Source of the DNA: Candidatus Saccharimonadales bacterium
GTDB taxonomy: Bacteria > Patescibacteriota > Saccharimonadia > Saccharimonadales > JAUPVS01
Assembly (NCBI GenBank): GCA_039920385.1
Contig: JBDSDR010000020.1
Span: 6,341 to 70,340 of the forward strand
Direction of reading: 5' to 3'
Length of the DNA: 64,000 nt
Each line of letters begins with the position of its first letter. The stretch's first letter is position 1. Below are positions 7,620 through 17,859 of this stretch, piece by piece. The position numbers and the translations under genes are program-made. The notes under the pieces are model-generated. The model made no database searches. It was not told the DNA's origin and saw only the letters and a program-made list of their open reading frames with translations.

Positions 7620-10463
7620 ATGAAGTTCAAACAACGTGACAAGCAAAAACATTCCGACATCGAAAAACGAGTCATTGCTGGCTGGGCTAAAGACAATACC
7701 TTCGAAAAGTCGATCAGTAACCGCCCAGCTAAAGACGCCTTCGTATTTTACGACGGCCCTCCTTTTCTGACGGGTACTCCACACCATGGGCATTTGCTGA
7801 TCTCGACAGTTAAAGACTCGGTGGCCCGCTATCAAACTATGCAAGGTAAAAGGGTCGAACGCCGTTGGGGCTGGGACTGTCACGGCTTGCCGGCCGAACT
7901 TTTTGTTGAAAAACAACTCGGCATTAATAATAAGAAAGAAATCGGCACCAAGATCTCGATCGAAGACTATGTGAACGCCTGTCGTACCGCCATGGTCAAA
8001 ACCGGCACCGAATGGGAAGACACCATTGAACGGGTCGGCCGCTGGGTTGAGTTTAAGGGTGCTTACAAAACGATGGATCCGGAGTTTATGGAATCAGTTT
8101 GGTGGGCCTTCAAAACTTTATACGAAAAAGGCAAAGTTTATGATGGTGAAAAGATCCTGATCTATTGCACCAAAGACGCTACGCCAATCAGCAAATCCGA
8201 AGTCGCCATGGAGAACAGTTACCAAATGGATACTGACCCCAGTGTTTATGTCTACTTTAAGCTTGAAGATAGCGACGAATCCGTCATGGCTTGGACGACA
8301 ACACCGTGGACCTTGCCAGCCAACGTCGCCGTGGCCGTTAACCCAAAACTTACCTACGTATTGGTAGATTATGAGGGCAAGTTAACCTACGTGGCCAAAG
8401 AAGCTGTTCAAAAAGTTTTTGTGAATGAAAAACATCAGCCATTGAACTACAAAATTATCAAAACTGTGAAGGGGGCCGAACTAGTTGGCCGCAAATATCA
8501 TCCTCTATTCGAAAACCGTGGCCCTGAGGCTCATATCATTCTGGCAGCCGATTTCGTAACAGCCGAAGATGGTACTGGTATTGTTCACGAAGCCCCAGCT
8601 TATGGTGAGGAAGATTACGAACTCTGTAAGCAAAATAATATTCCTGTCGTCTCGATTGTCGATGAAAACGGTAATTACACAGAAGGCCGCTGGCAAGAAC
8701 AAAATATCTGGGACGTTAATAAAGAGATCGCCAAGACCTTAGTGGCCGAAGGCACGGCATTTAAGGTGGAGTATATTAAGCACGAGTATCCGCACTGTCA
8801 CCGTTGTGGTGGCAAGCTGATGTACCGAGCTCACCCTAGTTGGTTCATGGATATCCAGGGTCAAAAGACCGAAATGCTCGAGGCTAGCGCCCAGACAAAC
8901 TGGGTACCAAAGACACTCAAAGAGGGCCGTTTTGCCAACATCATAGACTCAGCTCCCGACTGGAACCTATCACGCGACCGCTATTGGGCAACGCCAATCC
9001 CGGTTTGGGAAGGAATCCGTCCGGATGGCACCAAAGTTGTTAAGGTTATTGGATCTTACCAAGAATTCGAAGAATTAACCGGGAAGAAGCTGGACGACTA
9101 CCATCTGCCAAAGGTTATGAATATTGAGTTCGAAGTTGATGGTGTGGCGCTTAAGCATATCGGCAAAGTCCTTGATTGCTGGTTCGAAAGCGGCTCGATG
9201 CCATTTGCCCAGTTCCATTACCCCTTCGAAAATAAAGCTAAGTTCGAGGCCAGCTATCCGGCTGACTTCATCGTCGAAGCTATCGACCAAACCCGTGGCT
9301 GGTTCTATTCGTTAACAGCCGTTAATGTCGGTTTATTCGGCACCTCACCGTTTAAGAACCTGATTTGCACAGGATTCATTAACGCTGCCGACGGCCGCAA
9401 AATGAGTAAGAAACTAGGCAACTACACCGATCCATTAGAGCTGATGGACAAGGTCAGCGCCGATGCCTTCCGCTACTCATTATTAACCTCACCAGTAGTG
9501 GTTGGCGAAGATATTAATCTTGATGACAAAGATGTGGCTACTATGGAGCGCAAGCTGACCATGATGTATAACGTGCTCGATTTCTTCTTAATGTACGCTT
9601 CGGTGGATGGCTGGCAACCCGATCAAGACAAACTCAACCCACAGCACCCACTCGATAAGTGGATCCTCAGTAAACTCCAAACTTTAGTAAAAGATGTTTC
9701 TGAGAATATGAACGGTTACGATTTAATGCGTGCCACACGGCCAATCATGGAATTCCTTGATGGACTCAGCAATTGGTATATTCGCCGTAGCCGTAAACGT
9801 TTCTGGAAGAGCGAAAATGATACCGACAAAGACCAAGCCTATCACACGCTCTACTTTGTTTTAACCGAACTCAGCAAGTTAATGGCACCATTTACACCAT
9901 TCATGGCCGAAGATATATATCAGACTTTAACAGGGAAGGAATCGGTTCATTTAGAAGATTTCCCAACCTATCAAACAAATTTGGTAAACTCAGAAATCGA
10001 GCAAGAAATGGATGCTGTCCGCGAGTACATCACCGAAGGTTTATCGTTGCGGGCGAAGGCCCAACTTAAGGTTCGCCAGCCAATTGCCTCAATAACTACG
10101 CCCGAGTTTAACGAACAATATAAGGAAATTGTCCTAGAAGAGTTAAATGCCAAAGAGGTAAAGTGGGGTAAACAAGTATCGATTGATACCAAGTTAACCC
10201 CGGCCCTCAAGCAAGAAGGCTTGATGCGGGAAGTTGTCCGACAGATCCAAAATGCTCGCAAGCAAGCCGATTTACAGGTTGACGATCGGATCGAATTACA
10301 TCTTACGACTGCCGATAAAGACCTCCAGGCAGCACTTAGTGCCTACAATGGCGAGATCATGACCGAAACCTTAGCTACTAAACTTTCAGACAAAGAACTT
10401 AAATACAGCTCCGAAACAAAGGTCGAAGGCGCCACCCTTAAAATCAGCCTCCAAAAATCCTAA
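7620..10463 (+). CDS. ileS: Isoleucyl-tRNA synthetase (type 2-like)
   Basis: Contains the HIGH motif PHHGHLL, KMSKK, and the N-terminal FVFYDGPPFLTGTPHHGH segment. ATG 7620 is preferred over the track TTG at 7602 because of the AAGGAG at 7610-7615. Confidence 0.95.
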   Translation: MKFKQRDKQKHSDIEKRVIAGWAKDNTFEKSISNRPAKDAFVFYDGPPFLTGTPHHGHLLISTVKDSVARYQTMQGKRVERRWGWDCHGLPAELFVEKQLGINNKKEIGTKISIEDYVNACRTAMVKTGTEWEDTIERVGRWVEFKGAYKTMDPEFMESVWWAFKTLYEKGKVYDGEKILIYCTKDATPISKSEVAMENSYQMDTDPSVYVYFKLEDSDESVMAWTTTPWTLPANVAVAVNPKLTYVLVDYEGKLTYVAKEAVQKVFVNEKHQPLNYKIIKTVKGAELVGRKYHPLFENRGPEAHIILAADFVTAEDGTGIVHEAPAYGEEDYELCKQNNIPVVSIVDENGNYTEGRWQEQNIWDVNKEIAKTLVAEGTAFKVEYIKHEYPHCHRCGGKLMYRAHPSWFMDIQGQKTEMLEASAQTNWVPKTLKEGRFANIIDSAPDWNLSRDRYWATPIPVWEGIRPDGTKVVKVIGSYQEFEELTGKKLDDYHLPKVMNIEFEVDGVALKHIGKVLDCWFESGSMPFAQFHYPFENKAKFEASYPADFIVEAIDQTRGWFYSLTAVNVGLFGTSPFKNLICTGFINAADGRKMSKKLGNYTDPLELMDKVSADAFRYSLLTSPVVVGEDINLDDKDVATMERKLTMMYNVLDFFLMYASVDGWQPDQDKLNPQHPLDKWILSKLQTLVKDVSENMNGYDLMRATRPIMEFLDGLSNWYIRRSRKRFWKSENDTDKDQAYHTLYFVLTELSKLMAPFTPFMAEDIYQTLTGKESVHLEDFPTYQTNLVNSEIEQEMDAVREYITEGLSLRAKAQLKVRQPIASITTPEFNEQYKEIVLEELNAKEVKWGKQVSIDTKLTPALKQEGLMREVVRQIQNARKQADLQVDDRIELHLTTADKDLQAALSAYNGEIMTETLATKLSDKELKYSSETKVEGATLKISLQKS

Positions 10464-10501
10464 AATAGCGGAATTAACAGATAAGAACACTCTGGCAACT
10501 G

Positions 10502-10552
10502 CCGAACAGTGCATCCGCAGACCCTCGAGGTCGAGGACTCTGCACTGTTCGG
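10502..10552 (+). other. Perfect 12-bp-arm inverted repeat between the ileS stop and the rplU promoter
   Basis: ccgaacagtgca (10502-10513) pairs with tgcactgttcgg (10541-10552). The loop contains the palindrome cctcgagg. No U-tract follows. Confidence 0.5.
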
Positions 10553-10554
10553 TG

Positions 10555-10583
10555 TTGACCAGAGGTGTCTAATCTGTTAGACT
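10555..10583 (+). promoter_or_regulatory. Candidate rplU promoter TTGACC-N17-TAGACT
   Basis: ttgacc lies at 10555-10560 and tagact at 10578-10583, with a 17-nt spacer. The -10 ends 12 nt upstream of the ATG at 10596, and there is no Shine-Dalgarno sequence. Confidence 0.5.
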
Positions 10584-10595
10584 TTCTTGGTACTT

Positions 10596-10904
10596 ATGAA
10601 AAAAGCCGTAATCGCCACAGGTGGCAAACAATACATCGTAACCGAAGGAGAAACCCTTGAGGTCGAGTTGTTGCACCCCGAAAAAAAGACTGTCAGTTTT
10701 GACGCACTTTTGCTAATTGATGGCGATAAAACTACTGTTGGCGCTCCACTTGTAAAAGGTGTAACTGTTACAGCCGATGTTGTTAACGAAGATTTGGCTG
10801 GTGATAAAGTCACAGCTATCCGTTACAAGCCTAAAAAACGCGTTCACAAAGTTCACGGTCATCGCCAGCACCATACCGTTATCAAGATTTCCAAAATCGC
10901 GTAA
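10596..10904 (+). CDS. rplU: Ribosomal protein L21
   Basis: The sequence MKKAVIATGGKQYIVTEGETL... is typical of bL21. ATG 10596 is preferred over the track TTG at 10587. Confidence 0.9.
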   Translation: MKKAVIATGGKQYIVTEGETLEVELLHPEKKTVSFDALLLIDGDKTTVGAPLVKGVTVTADVVNEDLAGDKVTAIRYKPKKRVHKVHGHRQHHTVIKISKIA

Positions 10905-10930
10905 TTTAAGAACTATTTAAGACTTACGGT

Positions 10931-10955
10931 AAGACCTCTCGAGAGGTCTTTTTTA
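10931..10955 (+). terminator. Rho-independent terminator after rplU
   Basis: aagacctctc/gagaggtctt forms a perfect hairpin followed by tttttt. Confidence 0.8.
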
Positions 10956-11062
10956 ATGTCGCACAATACAACATCAATCAAGCCAGAAGATTGCCGACCG
11001 ACCCGTTAAATGGTAAGCTAATGCTTAGAGAATGAGGACCCAAAAGGGATAAGCAAACAGAC

Positions 11063-11824
11063 ATGTCGCAAACAATTGCAGTACTAAACCAAAAAGGAGG
11101 CGTTGGTAAAACCACCACGGCTATTAATTTAGCAGCCTACCTACAAAAGATGTCTAAATCTGTCCTACTGGTAGACCTTGATCCGCAGGGGAATGCCACT
11201 AGTGGACTTGGCCTCGACAAAAATCATCTCGACGGCGGAACCTATGAACTTTTGCTCGGTCAAATCGAGCTGGGCCAAGCTATTAAGCCAGTTGATAATG
11301 GTGGTTTTTATATTATTCCAACCAATGCAAACCTGGCGGCCGCTGAGATAGAGCTAGTAAATAAGCCAGACAGGGAAGAATCACTCAAAAATGGTCTCAA
11401 ACAGGCGGCTTATGACTATATTATTATTGATTGCCCGCCGGCCTTGAGCCTTCTTACTGTTAACGCCCTAACGGCTGCTGACCATATAATTATCCCAGTT
11501 CAGGCTGAGTATTATGCCCTCGAAGGGTTGGGGCAGCTCTTGCAAGTCTTCCAACAGGTTAAGCAGAACCTCAACCCCAAACTCGAAATTATGGGCGTAT
11601 TAATTACCATGTATGATAGCCGAACCAGTTTGTCCGAACAGGTATTAACAGAGGTAAAAAAGCACTTTTCCAATAAGTTATTTAACACTATTATCCCGCG
11701 TAATGTTCGGCTGGCCGAGGCGCCCAGTTATGGTCAGTCAATTTTGCAACACGACAAATGGTCAAAGGGCGCCCGTGCCTACAAGCAACTTGCCAAGGAG
11801 GTAGTCGAATATGGTCAAAAATAA
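11063..11824 (+). CDS. parA: ParA/Soj partition ATPase
   Basis: Contains the deviant Walker A motif NQKGGVGKTT. Adjacent to parB. Confidence 0.92.
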   Translation: MSQTIAVLNQKGGVGKTTTAINLAAYLQKMSKSVLLVDLDPQGNATSGLGLDKNHLDGGTYELLLGQIELGQAIKPVDNGGFYIIPTNANLAAAEIELVNKPDREESLKNGLKQAAYDYIIIDCPPALSLLTVNALTAADHIIIPVQAEYYALEGLGQLLQVFQQVKQNLNPKLEIMGVLITMYDSRTSLSEQVLTEVKKHFSNKLFNTIIPRNVRLAEAPSYGQSILQHDKWSKGARAYKQLAKEVVEYGQK

Positions 11825-12677
11825 AGCTGGTTTGGGAAAAGGTTTCGGTGCTTTAATCCCCGATAACTTCGATAGCTCTCTGTTAACTGATGAGCAAGAG
11901 CGAATACAAAAGTTACTCATTGCTGATATTTCGCCCGGCAAGATGCAGCCTCGAACCGAATTTGATGATGTCGCCCTTAGCGAGCTAGCTAGTTCTATAA
12001 AGCAGCACGGCATCCTCCAGCCCCTAATTGTGCGGGTTGATGACAGCGGTTATCGCTTAGTTGCCGGTGAACGACGTTGGCGAGCCGCCCAACTGGCCGG
12101 TCTTAAGCAGGTACCAGCCATTGTCCGTAGTCTCGAAGAACTCGAAGAACTCGAGCTGGCGCTAGTAGAGAATGTTCAGCGTGAAGATCTGTCACCACTC
12201 GACCAAGCTATGTCGATCCATCGGTTACTTAATCAGTTTAACCTTAAGCAAGAAGTGATCGCCCAGCGTCTTGGCAAGGCTAATTCTACGATTGGCAATA
12301 TTCTTCGCCTACTTAATCTGCCAGTTAATGTCCAAGAAGCATTGCGTGACGGCTTGATTAGCGAAGGTCATGCTCGAGCCATCTTAGGGCTTGGACCAAA
12401 CCCCGAAAAGCAAACCGAGATGCTCCAGCTCATCATTAAGAATAAGTGGAGTGTTCGTCAGGCCGAACAGTTTGTGGTGGCAAGCCGAAAAGGGGCTGCT
12501 TCAGATAAAGCCCGCAAACAGTTAGCAACGACGACTCCTGCTACCGAAAAACTCGGTAAAAAACTCGGTGCACCGGTCTCAATTAAGCGAACTGCCAAGG
12601 GCGGTAAGCTCGAAATTGCCTTCAAAACCAACAGTCAGCTAGAGCAGCTCATCAGCAAACTGGCCAAATCTAACTAA
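11811..12677 (+). CDS. parB: ParB/Spo0J partition protein
   Basis: Contains the GERRWRAA ParB box and an HTH region. Overlaps parA by 14 nt. Confidence 0.92.
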   Translation: MVKNKAGLGKGFGALIPDNFDSSLLTDEQERIQKLLIADISPGKMQPRTEFDDVALSELASSIKQHGILQPLIVRVDDSGYRLVAGERRWRAAQLAGLKQVPAIVRSLEELEELELALVENVQREDLSPLDQAMSIHRLLNQFNLKQEVIAQRLGKANSTIGNILRLLNLPVNVQEALRDGLISEGHARAILGLGPNPEKQTEMLQLIIKNKWSVRQAEQFVVASRKGAASDKARKQLATTTPATEKLGKKLGAPVSIKRTAKGGKLEIAFKTNSQLEQLISKLAKSN

Positions 12678-13351
12678 AAGAGCTTAGCTTGGTTAAAGGG
12701 GTAAACTCGCAGGCCGAGTTTACCAACAATGTCATTGGCTGGGACAGTCCCAAAATAACGTGAGTCGAGTGAGTTGCCACGGTTATCGCCGCTAACAAAA
12801 ACTTCGCCGGCGGGTACGATCAGGTCGACATTACCGGCCGTTTCGCCAATGACTGATCCATAGGGCATAGTTTTGTCGGGCGAAAAACCTTCGGCATGTT
12901 CGAGGTTGTAGACGGTTAAGGTGCCATCTTTTACGACAACTCGATCGCCCGGTAGCCCAGTGACGCGCTTAATCAGTTGTCTGCTGCTTTCACCGGGGCC
13001 GGAGACATCAGCTCGATTGAAGATAATCACGTCACCACGGTTTGGTATGTAGTTGTGGTGGGTCAGTCGGGCCCAGCTACGCGCCACCTTTACGACTATT
13101 AAGCGATCATTATTTTGCAGAGTAGTCTGCATACTTGGCCCATCGACTTGGTAGGACTGAAAGACAAAGGCTGTTAATAATAGGGCAATTATAGGGGCTA
13201 GTAACAATAGCGAAATTGTTGAAATAATACTTTTCAAACCCTCTTTGGAGGGTTTTTGTTCGGGCGTCGAGTCTGGTGCGGCCGGTAGCGGTTGTGTTTC
13301 GGCCTCTGGTGTCAACGGGGGTGGTACTGCCACATTATTATTTTCGTCCAT
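12674..13351 (-). CDS. lepB: Signal peptidase I
   Basis: N-terminal TM helix, GPSMQTTL (catalytic Ser box) and the GDNRGNSLDSRYFG box. Confidence 0.9.
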   Translation of the reverse strand: MDENNNVAVPPPLTPEAETQPLPAAPDSTPEQKPSKEGLKSIISTISLLLLAPIIALLLTAFVFQSYQVDGPSMQTTLQNNDRLIVVKVARSWARLTHHNYIPNRGDVIIFNRADVSGPGESSRQLIKRVTGLPGDRVVVKDGTLTVYNLEHAEGFSPDKTMPYGSVIGETAGNVDLIVPAGEVFVSGDNRGNSLDSRYFGTVPANDIVGKLGLRVYPFNQAKLF

Positions 13352-13487
13352 ATCAGCCTATAACTATAGTCTATTTTTACTAAAATGCACATGTTTACGT
13401 CTGGCCAGTTAATCGTTATACTTAAGACCACGTGTTAGCCCTAAAATAGTCTTATTTACTAACGAAAGTGAAGTGTAAAACCAGTTA

Positions 13488-15128
13488 ATGGATAATTTTA
13501 GAAAACCCAAACGACCAAAGCGTGGTTTCGCTATAGATGGCTTTATAAGAACACCATCAAATAATGGCGGTGTCGGTGGCTTTAATAGGCAGACCGCTAG
13601 ACAGCCCGTAAAGCAGCAACCACTCGGTGACTTTAAGCGACCTAATGGGTTTAGAGCAACTAGCCAGCCAGATATCCCTGTCTCAAACCCTCTCAAAAAA
13701 TCGTCTCATAAACTAGCCGAAACCGAAGAGCCCGTTAAAAAGCAGCGTTTTAGGTTATTCCGCCGTAACCCCACCAAGCGCCAAGCCAAAAAAGACTACC
13801 GCCAAGCGCATAAGTGGCGAACCGGTGCCAAACGAACAAGTTTAGCCTTGATGGCACTAGTTTTAATTGGCGGTGGTTTTGTCGGCGTTAAAGCCTATAT
13901 GAAGTCACGCAATGTGCTGAAGGGTGGTGGTGCCGCTGCCGCTTTAGAAGAGAACGTGGATCCGTCATTGCTAAACGGCGAAGGCGACGGCCGAATTAAC
14001 ATTCTGTTATTAGGTAAAGGCGGCGCCGGTCACGAAGGTCCCGACCTAACAGACACCATTGTGATTGCTAGCATTGACCCAGTAAGCAACGAAGCTGCTT
14101 TAGTAAGTATCCCGCGCGATTTTTGGGTTAAACCAGCCGGCGGTAGCTATACCAAAATCAACTCTGTTTACGCTAACGCCAAATACGCCGTGGAAGATGG
14201 TCGCACCATCCCTAATCAAGCGGCCGAAGCCGAAAAAGCCGGACAAGCCGCCATCGAAAAGACCATTGAGACTACTCTGGGGATCCCTATTCATTACCAT
14301 GTTATGGTCGATTTCGAAGCCTTCCGCAAATCAATCGATACAGTTAATGGTATCGACATTAATGTTAAAACTCAGCTTTACGACCCAACGGTTGCCTGGG
14401 AAAATAACTGGAATCCGCTAATTGCGGCCGTCGGTCAACAACACTTTAACGGCTCCAAGGCACTTTTATACGCCCGGTCCCGTCACGGTAGCGCCCGCGG
14501 CGACTTTGACCGAGCCGAGCGACAAAGAGAAATTATGATAGCTCTCAAAGAAAAAGTCTTTAGTTTGGGCACTTTTGGTAACCCGGTAAAAGTCTCGCAG
14601 TTAATCGACGCATTCGGTGATCACGTCGAGACTAACTTCAACAGTAGCGAGGTGATGCGTTTATACAGTATTGCTAAACTGATCCAAGCCAATAAAGTTA
14701 CCTCAATTGGCTTGGCCGATCCACCAAATGACTACATCACTACTGGCAGTGCAGGCGGCCAGTCTGTTGTCATGCCAAAGGCCGGAATTGGTGAGTATGC
14801 GGCAATTCAAAGCTATATCCGTAACACTCTGCGCGATAGCTACCTAAAGAGCGAAAATGCTAGCATTATTGTTTTAAATGGTACGCCTCAAGCCGGCTTG
14901 GCCACAACTAAAGCCGACGAGCTCAAGTCGTACGGCTATAATGTCGTTAAGGTGGCTGATGCCCCAACCGGTAACTACACCAGTAGCCAGCTAATCGACT
15001 TACGAAATGGCACCAAAAAGTACACACAAAGCTATCTAGAGAAGCGACTGGGGCTCAAGGCAAGCAGTAGCTTGCCAGCTGGAATCGACGCCGGAACAGC
15101 CGATTTTGTGATAATATTAGGTAAGTAA
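13488..15128 (+). CDS. LytR-CpsA-Psr (LCP) family cell-envelope phosphotransferase
   Basis: Basic N-terminus plus a TM helix. LCP core INILLLGKGG...DTIVIASIDP...VSIPRD. C-terminal LytR_C-like IIVLNGTPQAGLA. Confidence 0.85.
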   Translation: MDNFRKPKRPKRGFAIDGFIRTPSNNGGVGGFNRQTARQPVKQQPLGDFKRPNGFRATSQPDIPVSNPLKKSSHKLAETEEPVKKQRFRLFRRNPTKRQAKKDYRQAHKWRTGAKRTSLALMALVLIGGGFVGVKAYMKSRNVLKGGGAAAALEENVDPSLLNGEGDGRINILLLGKGGAGHEGPDLTDTIVIASIDPVSNEAALVSIPRDFWVKPAGGSYTKINSVYANAKYAVEDGRTIPNQAAEAEKAGQAAIEKTIETTLGIPIHYHVMVDFEAFRKSIDTVNGIDINVKTQLYDPTVAWENNWNPLIAAVGQQHFNGSKALLYARSRHGSARGDFDRAERQREIMIALKEKVFSLGTFGNPVKVSQLIDAFGDHVETNFNSSEVMRLYSIAKLIQANKVTSIGLADPPNDYITTGSAGGQSVVMPKAGIGEYAAIQSYIRNTLRDSYLKSENASIIVLNGTPQAGLATTKADELKSYGYNVVKVADAPTGNYTSSQLIDLRNGTKKYTQSYLEKRLGLKASSSLPAGIDAGTADFVIILGK

Positions 15129-15156
15129 ATAGCCTAGGTGAGAGGAAGACGTTAGT

Positions 15157-15921
15157 ATGTTGCGGTTGTCTACAAAGCGCTTAACAAAGATGAAGCCCAA
15201 AAAGGGCTTAGCTAACGTTTTTCATATTATTTTAACTCTGTTATTGCCGTTGCTGGTATATGTTATGGTGCGAATTCACTTTGCCCAAATCGCTCTATTA
15301 TTAATCTTGTTGAGCAAATGGCGCATGTTTGCTGTAAAACCGCGCCATTGGCCGGCTAATATTAGGGCTAATGCCATCGATATGATCGTAGGCGTGTCGA
15401 TACTGGTATTTATGTTGCAAAGTGGCTCGCAGTTGTTTCAGGTGGCCTGGGCGTTGTCGTACGCAATCTGGCTATTGTTCATAAAGCCTGGTTCAACCGT
15501 CTTTTCGGTTTCGGCGCAAGCTCTAATCGGCCAGTTTGTTGGCTTGACGGCCTTATTCTTGCGTTTTGGCGGTGCCAGTACGGCAACTTTGGTTCCAGCT
15601 ACCTGGTTAATCTACTATTTAGCGGCTCGTCACTTTTTAGCTAGTTTTGACGAGCCACAAACCCGGTTCTTTTCTTATCTATGGGGGTACTTTGGTGCCG
15701 CCTTGGTGTGGGTACTTAGCCATTACTTGCTATCGCGCAGCGTATTCTTCCAACCAATCTTAATTATTAGTGTGGTTAGCTTTGGTCTTGCTTCGCTTTA
15801 TTACCTGCAAGAAGCTGATCGCTTGTCGACATTCTTTCAGCGACAGATTACCTTTATTGTATTAGCCGTAGTCGTGATCTTGGTGGCCTTGCCGTTTGTG
15901 CTTTGGGATGTAGTTATATAA
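15157..15921 (+). CDS. Polytopic membrane protein, hypothetical
   Basis: GAGGAAG lies upstream of ATG 15157. The translation shows 6-7 hydrophobic segments and no recognisable motif. Confidence 0.7.
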   Translation: MLRLSTKRLTKMKPKKGLANVFHIILTLLLPLLVYVMVRIHFAQIALLLILLSKWRMFAVKPRHWPANIRANAIDMIVGVSILVFMLQSGSQLFQVAWALSYAIWLLFIKPGSTVFSVSAQALIGQFVGLTALFLRFGGASTATLVPATWLIYYLAARHFLASFDEPQTRFFSYLWGYFGAALVWVLSHYLLSRSVFFQPILIISVVSFGLASLYYLQEADRLSTFFQRQITFIVLAVVVILVALPFVLWDVVI

Positions 15922-15923
15922 GT

Positions 15924-17072
15924 ATGAAAGCTTTAAAAATATCCAAACGACAACTTGGATTAGTCGGGGTGGCCATCTCGTTCCTGATCATAAGTTTGGC
16001 AGGAGGTTTTGCTGGAGGCTATTGGGCATCACGCAAAAGCCAAACTAACCTAAGTACAACTGCTCAAAAAGAGGTTGTTTCCTCCGAAGGTAATCTAATT
16101 AGTCAGATTGCCAAAGACGTTGGTCCCAGTGTTGTGTCGGTTAATGTGACCGGCCAGGCGGCTGCCAGCCGCTACTCATATGGTGGCGAACAACAGAGTG
16201 CCGGAACCGGATTTATTGTTAGTAAAGAGGGCGTGATTGTAACTAATCGTCATGTTGTGCCAGCTGGGACAACCAGTGTTAGCGTTGTTATGTCAGATGG
16301 CACGCAGTTTGATGACGTAACCGTAATTGGTCGTACCAACGAAAGTGATTCGCTCGACATCGCATTCCTAAAGATTAAAGACACCAAGGGTAAAGAATTA
16401 AAACCGGCAAAACTAGGCGATTCTAGTAAGATGCAGGTCGGAGATAAAGTCGTGGCGATTGGAAATGCTCTAGGTCAGTTCCAAAATACTGTGACGTCCG
16501 GCATTATTTCTGGCTACGGTCGCGACGTCGAAGCCGGCGATAGTACTGGTAGTAGTACCGAACAATTACAAGATTTATTCCAAACCGATGCCGCTATTAA
16601 CGAAGGTAATTCAGGCGGCCCGCTGGTCAATATTAACGGCGAAGTTATTGGTATAAATACGGCTGTAGCTGGCGGTAACGCTCAGAGTATCGGCTTTGCC
16701 ATACCTTCAAACGACATCAGCGGTTTGGTAAAAAGTGTTCTGGCGACCGGTAAGTTAGAGCGACCATATCTTGGCGTTCGCTATATCTCCATCACCGATG
16801 ATTACGCCGCCCAAAACGACCTATCAGTTAAACGTGGTGCTTTTGTGATTAAAGACAACGGATCAATCCTGGCCGGAAGCCCCGCCGATATTGCTGGCAT
16901 CAAGCCGGGCGATATCATTACTAAAGTTAATGACAAGCCAATTAACGAAACTAATAATCTTTCAATTGTACTAGGCCGTTTTACAGTTGGCGAAACCGTC
17001 GTTTTAACAGTGATTCGTGACGGTAAAGAACAAAAAATATCGGTTACACTGGCGGCAGCACCGCAGAACTGA
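15924..17072 (+). CDS. htrA: HtrA/DegP-family serine protease with PDZ domain
   Basis: Contains TNRHVV (His), GNSGGPL (Ser) and a C-terminal PDZ-like GIKPGDIITKVN. ATG 15924 lies just after the upstream stop. Confidence 0.88.
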   Translation: MKALKISKRQLGLVGVAISFLIISLAGGFAGGYWASRKSQTNLSTTAQKEVVSSEGNLISQIAKDVGPSVVSVNVTGQAAASRYSYGGEQQSAGTGFIVSKEGVIVTNRHVVPAGTTSVSVVMSDGTQFDDVTVIGRTNESDSLDIAFLKIKDTKGKELKPAKLGDSSKMQVGDKVVAIGNALGQFQNTVTSGIISGYGRDVEAGDSTGSSTEQLQDLFQTDAAINEGNSGGPLVNINGEVIGINTAVAGGNAQSIGFAIPSNDISGLVKSVLATGKLERPYLGVRYISITDDYAAQNDLSVKRGAFVIKDNGSILAGSPADIAGIKPGDIITKVNDKPINETNNLSIVLGRFTVGETVVLTVIRDGKEQKISVTLAAAPQN

Positions 17073-17859
17073 ACACCTGAATAAAATCATCAGTCGTTTC
17101 TAAATTGTACCCGTAGTCCTTGGCAATTTTTGCTAAAGCGCTATGTTGAAATGGCAGTGACTCCGTTAAGACGTAGCCCTGGTGACCTTGTAACTGGTCA
17201 AATAATTCTCGGTATAAATCGAGCCCGTCATCCCCGCCAAAAATTGCTAGCTTTGGTTCCAAGGTTGCCGCTCGGTTAATGGTGTGTGCATTTGGGACAT
17301 ACGGTAAGTTCGCTAAAATAGTTTCACCGCCGGTGACACCGACGGTAAAAATTAAATTTGATTCAATCAAATCAACTGTCGCTTTATGCTTGACGCAGTT
17401 CCGTCGGGCAACCGCAAGACACGCCGGGCTGATGTCGGTAGCCAGTACTTGCACCGCACCAAGTTCGCAGGCCATCGTGATTGCGATTGCACCAGAACCA
17501 GTACCAATATCAATAAAAGTTTGACGGGCTTCACTCGGCAAATTCTTAGCTAATTCAATCATCGTCTCGGTCTCGGGCCGGGGAACGAGCACGTCTTTGT
17601 TGACGATAAACTCGCGGCCATAAAACTGGCATTTTTGGCGAATATAGGCGAGCGGTTCGTGTTGTTTGCGGCGTTCTAAAAGCTGGTTTAACCTCTGTTG
17701 TTGTTCATTGGATAGAATTATTTCCGGTTGTGCTAGTAGTTGAGCACTATTTGTGTTCAATTCATCACAAAGTAGCACCATCGAGTCTAAGCGGGCTGTC
17801 GTGATATTGGCGGTCTCTAAGTCTTTGGTGGCTTGGTTGAGCCACTGCTGGAGGGTCAT
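17044..17859 (-). CDS. prmC: Release-factor glutamine N5-methyltransferase
   Basis: Contains [11 protein letters not shown] (SAM motif) and NLPYV (NPPY-type). Overlaps the prfA stop by 4 nt. Confidence 0.88.
   Translation of the reverse strand: MTLQQWLNQATKDLETANITTARLDSMVLLCDELNTNSAQLLAQPEIILSNEQQQRLNQLLERRKQHEPLAYIRQKCQFYGREFIVNKDVLVPRPETETMIELAKNLPSEARQTFIDIGTGSGAIAITMACELGAVQVLATDISPACLAVARRNCVKHKATVDLIESNLIFTVGVTGGETILANLPYVPNAHTINRAATLEPKLAIFGGDDGLDLYRELFDQLQGHQGYVLTESLPFQHSALAKIAKDYGYNLETTDDFIQVFSSAVLPPV

Noticed and set aside
10905-12677. Looked for parS (TGTTNCACGTGAAACA-like) or DnaA-box clusters near parAB that would indicate oriC.
   Set aside because: I could not find convincing matches by eye. 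This is not claimed either way and needs a pattern search.
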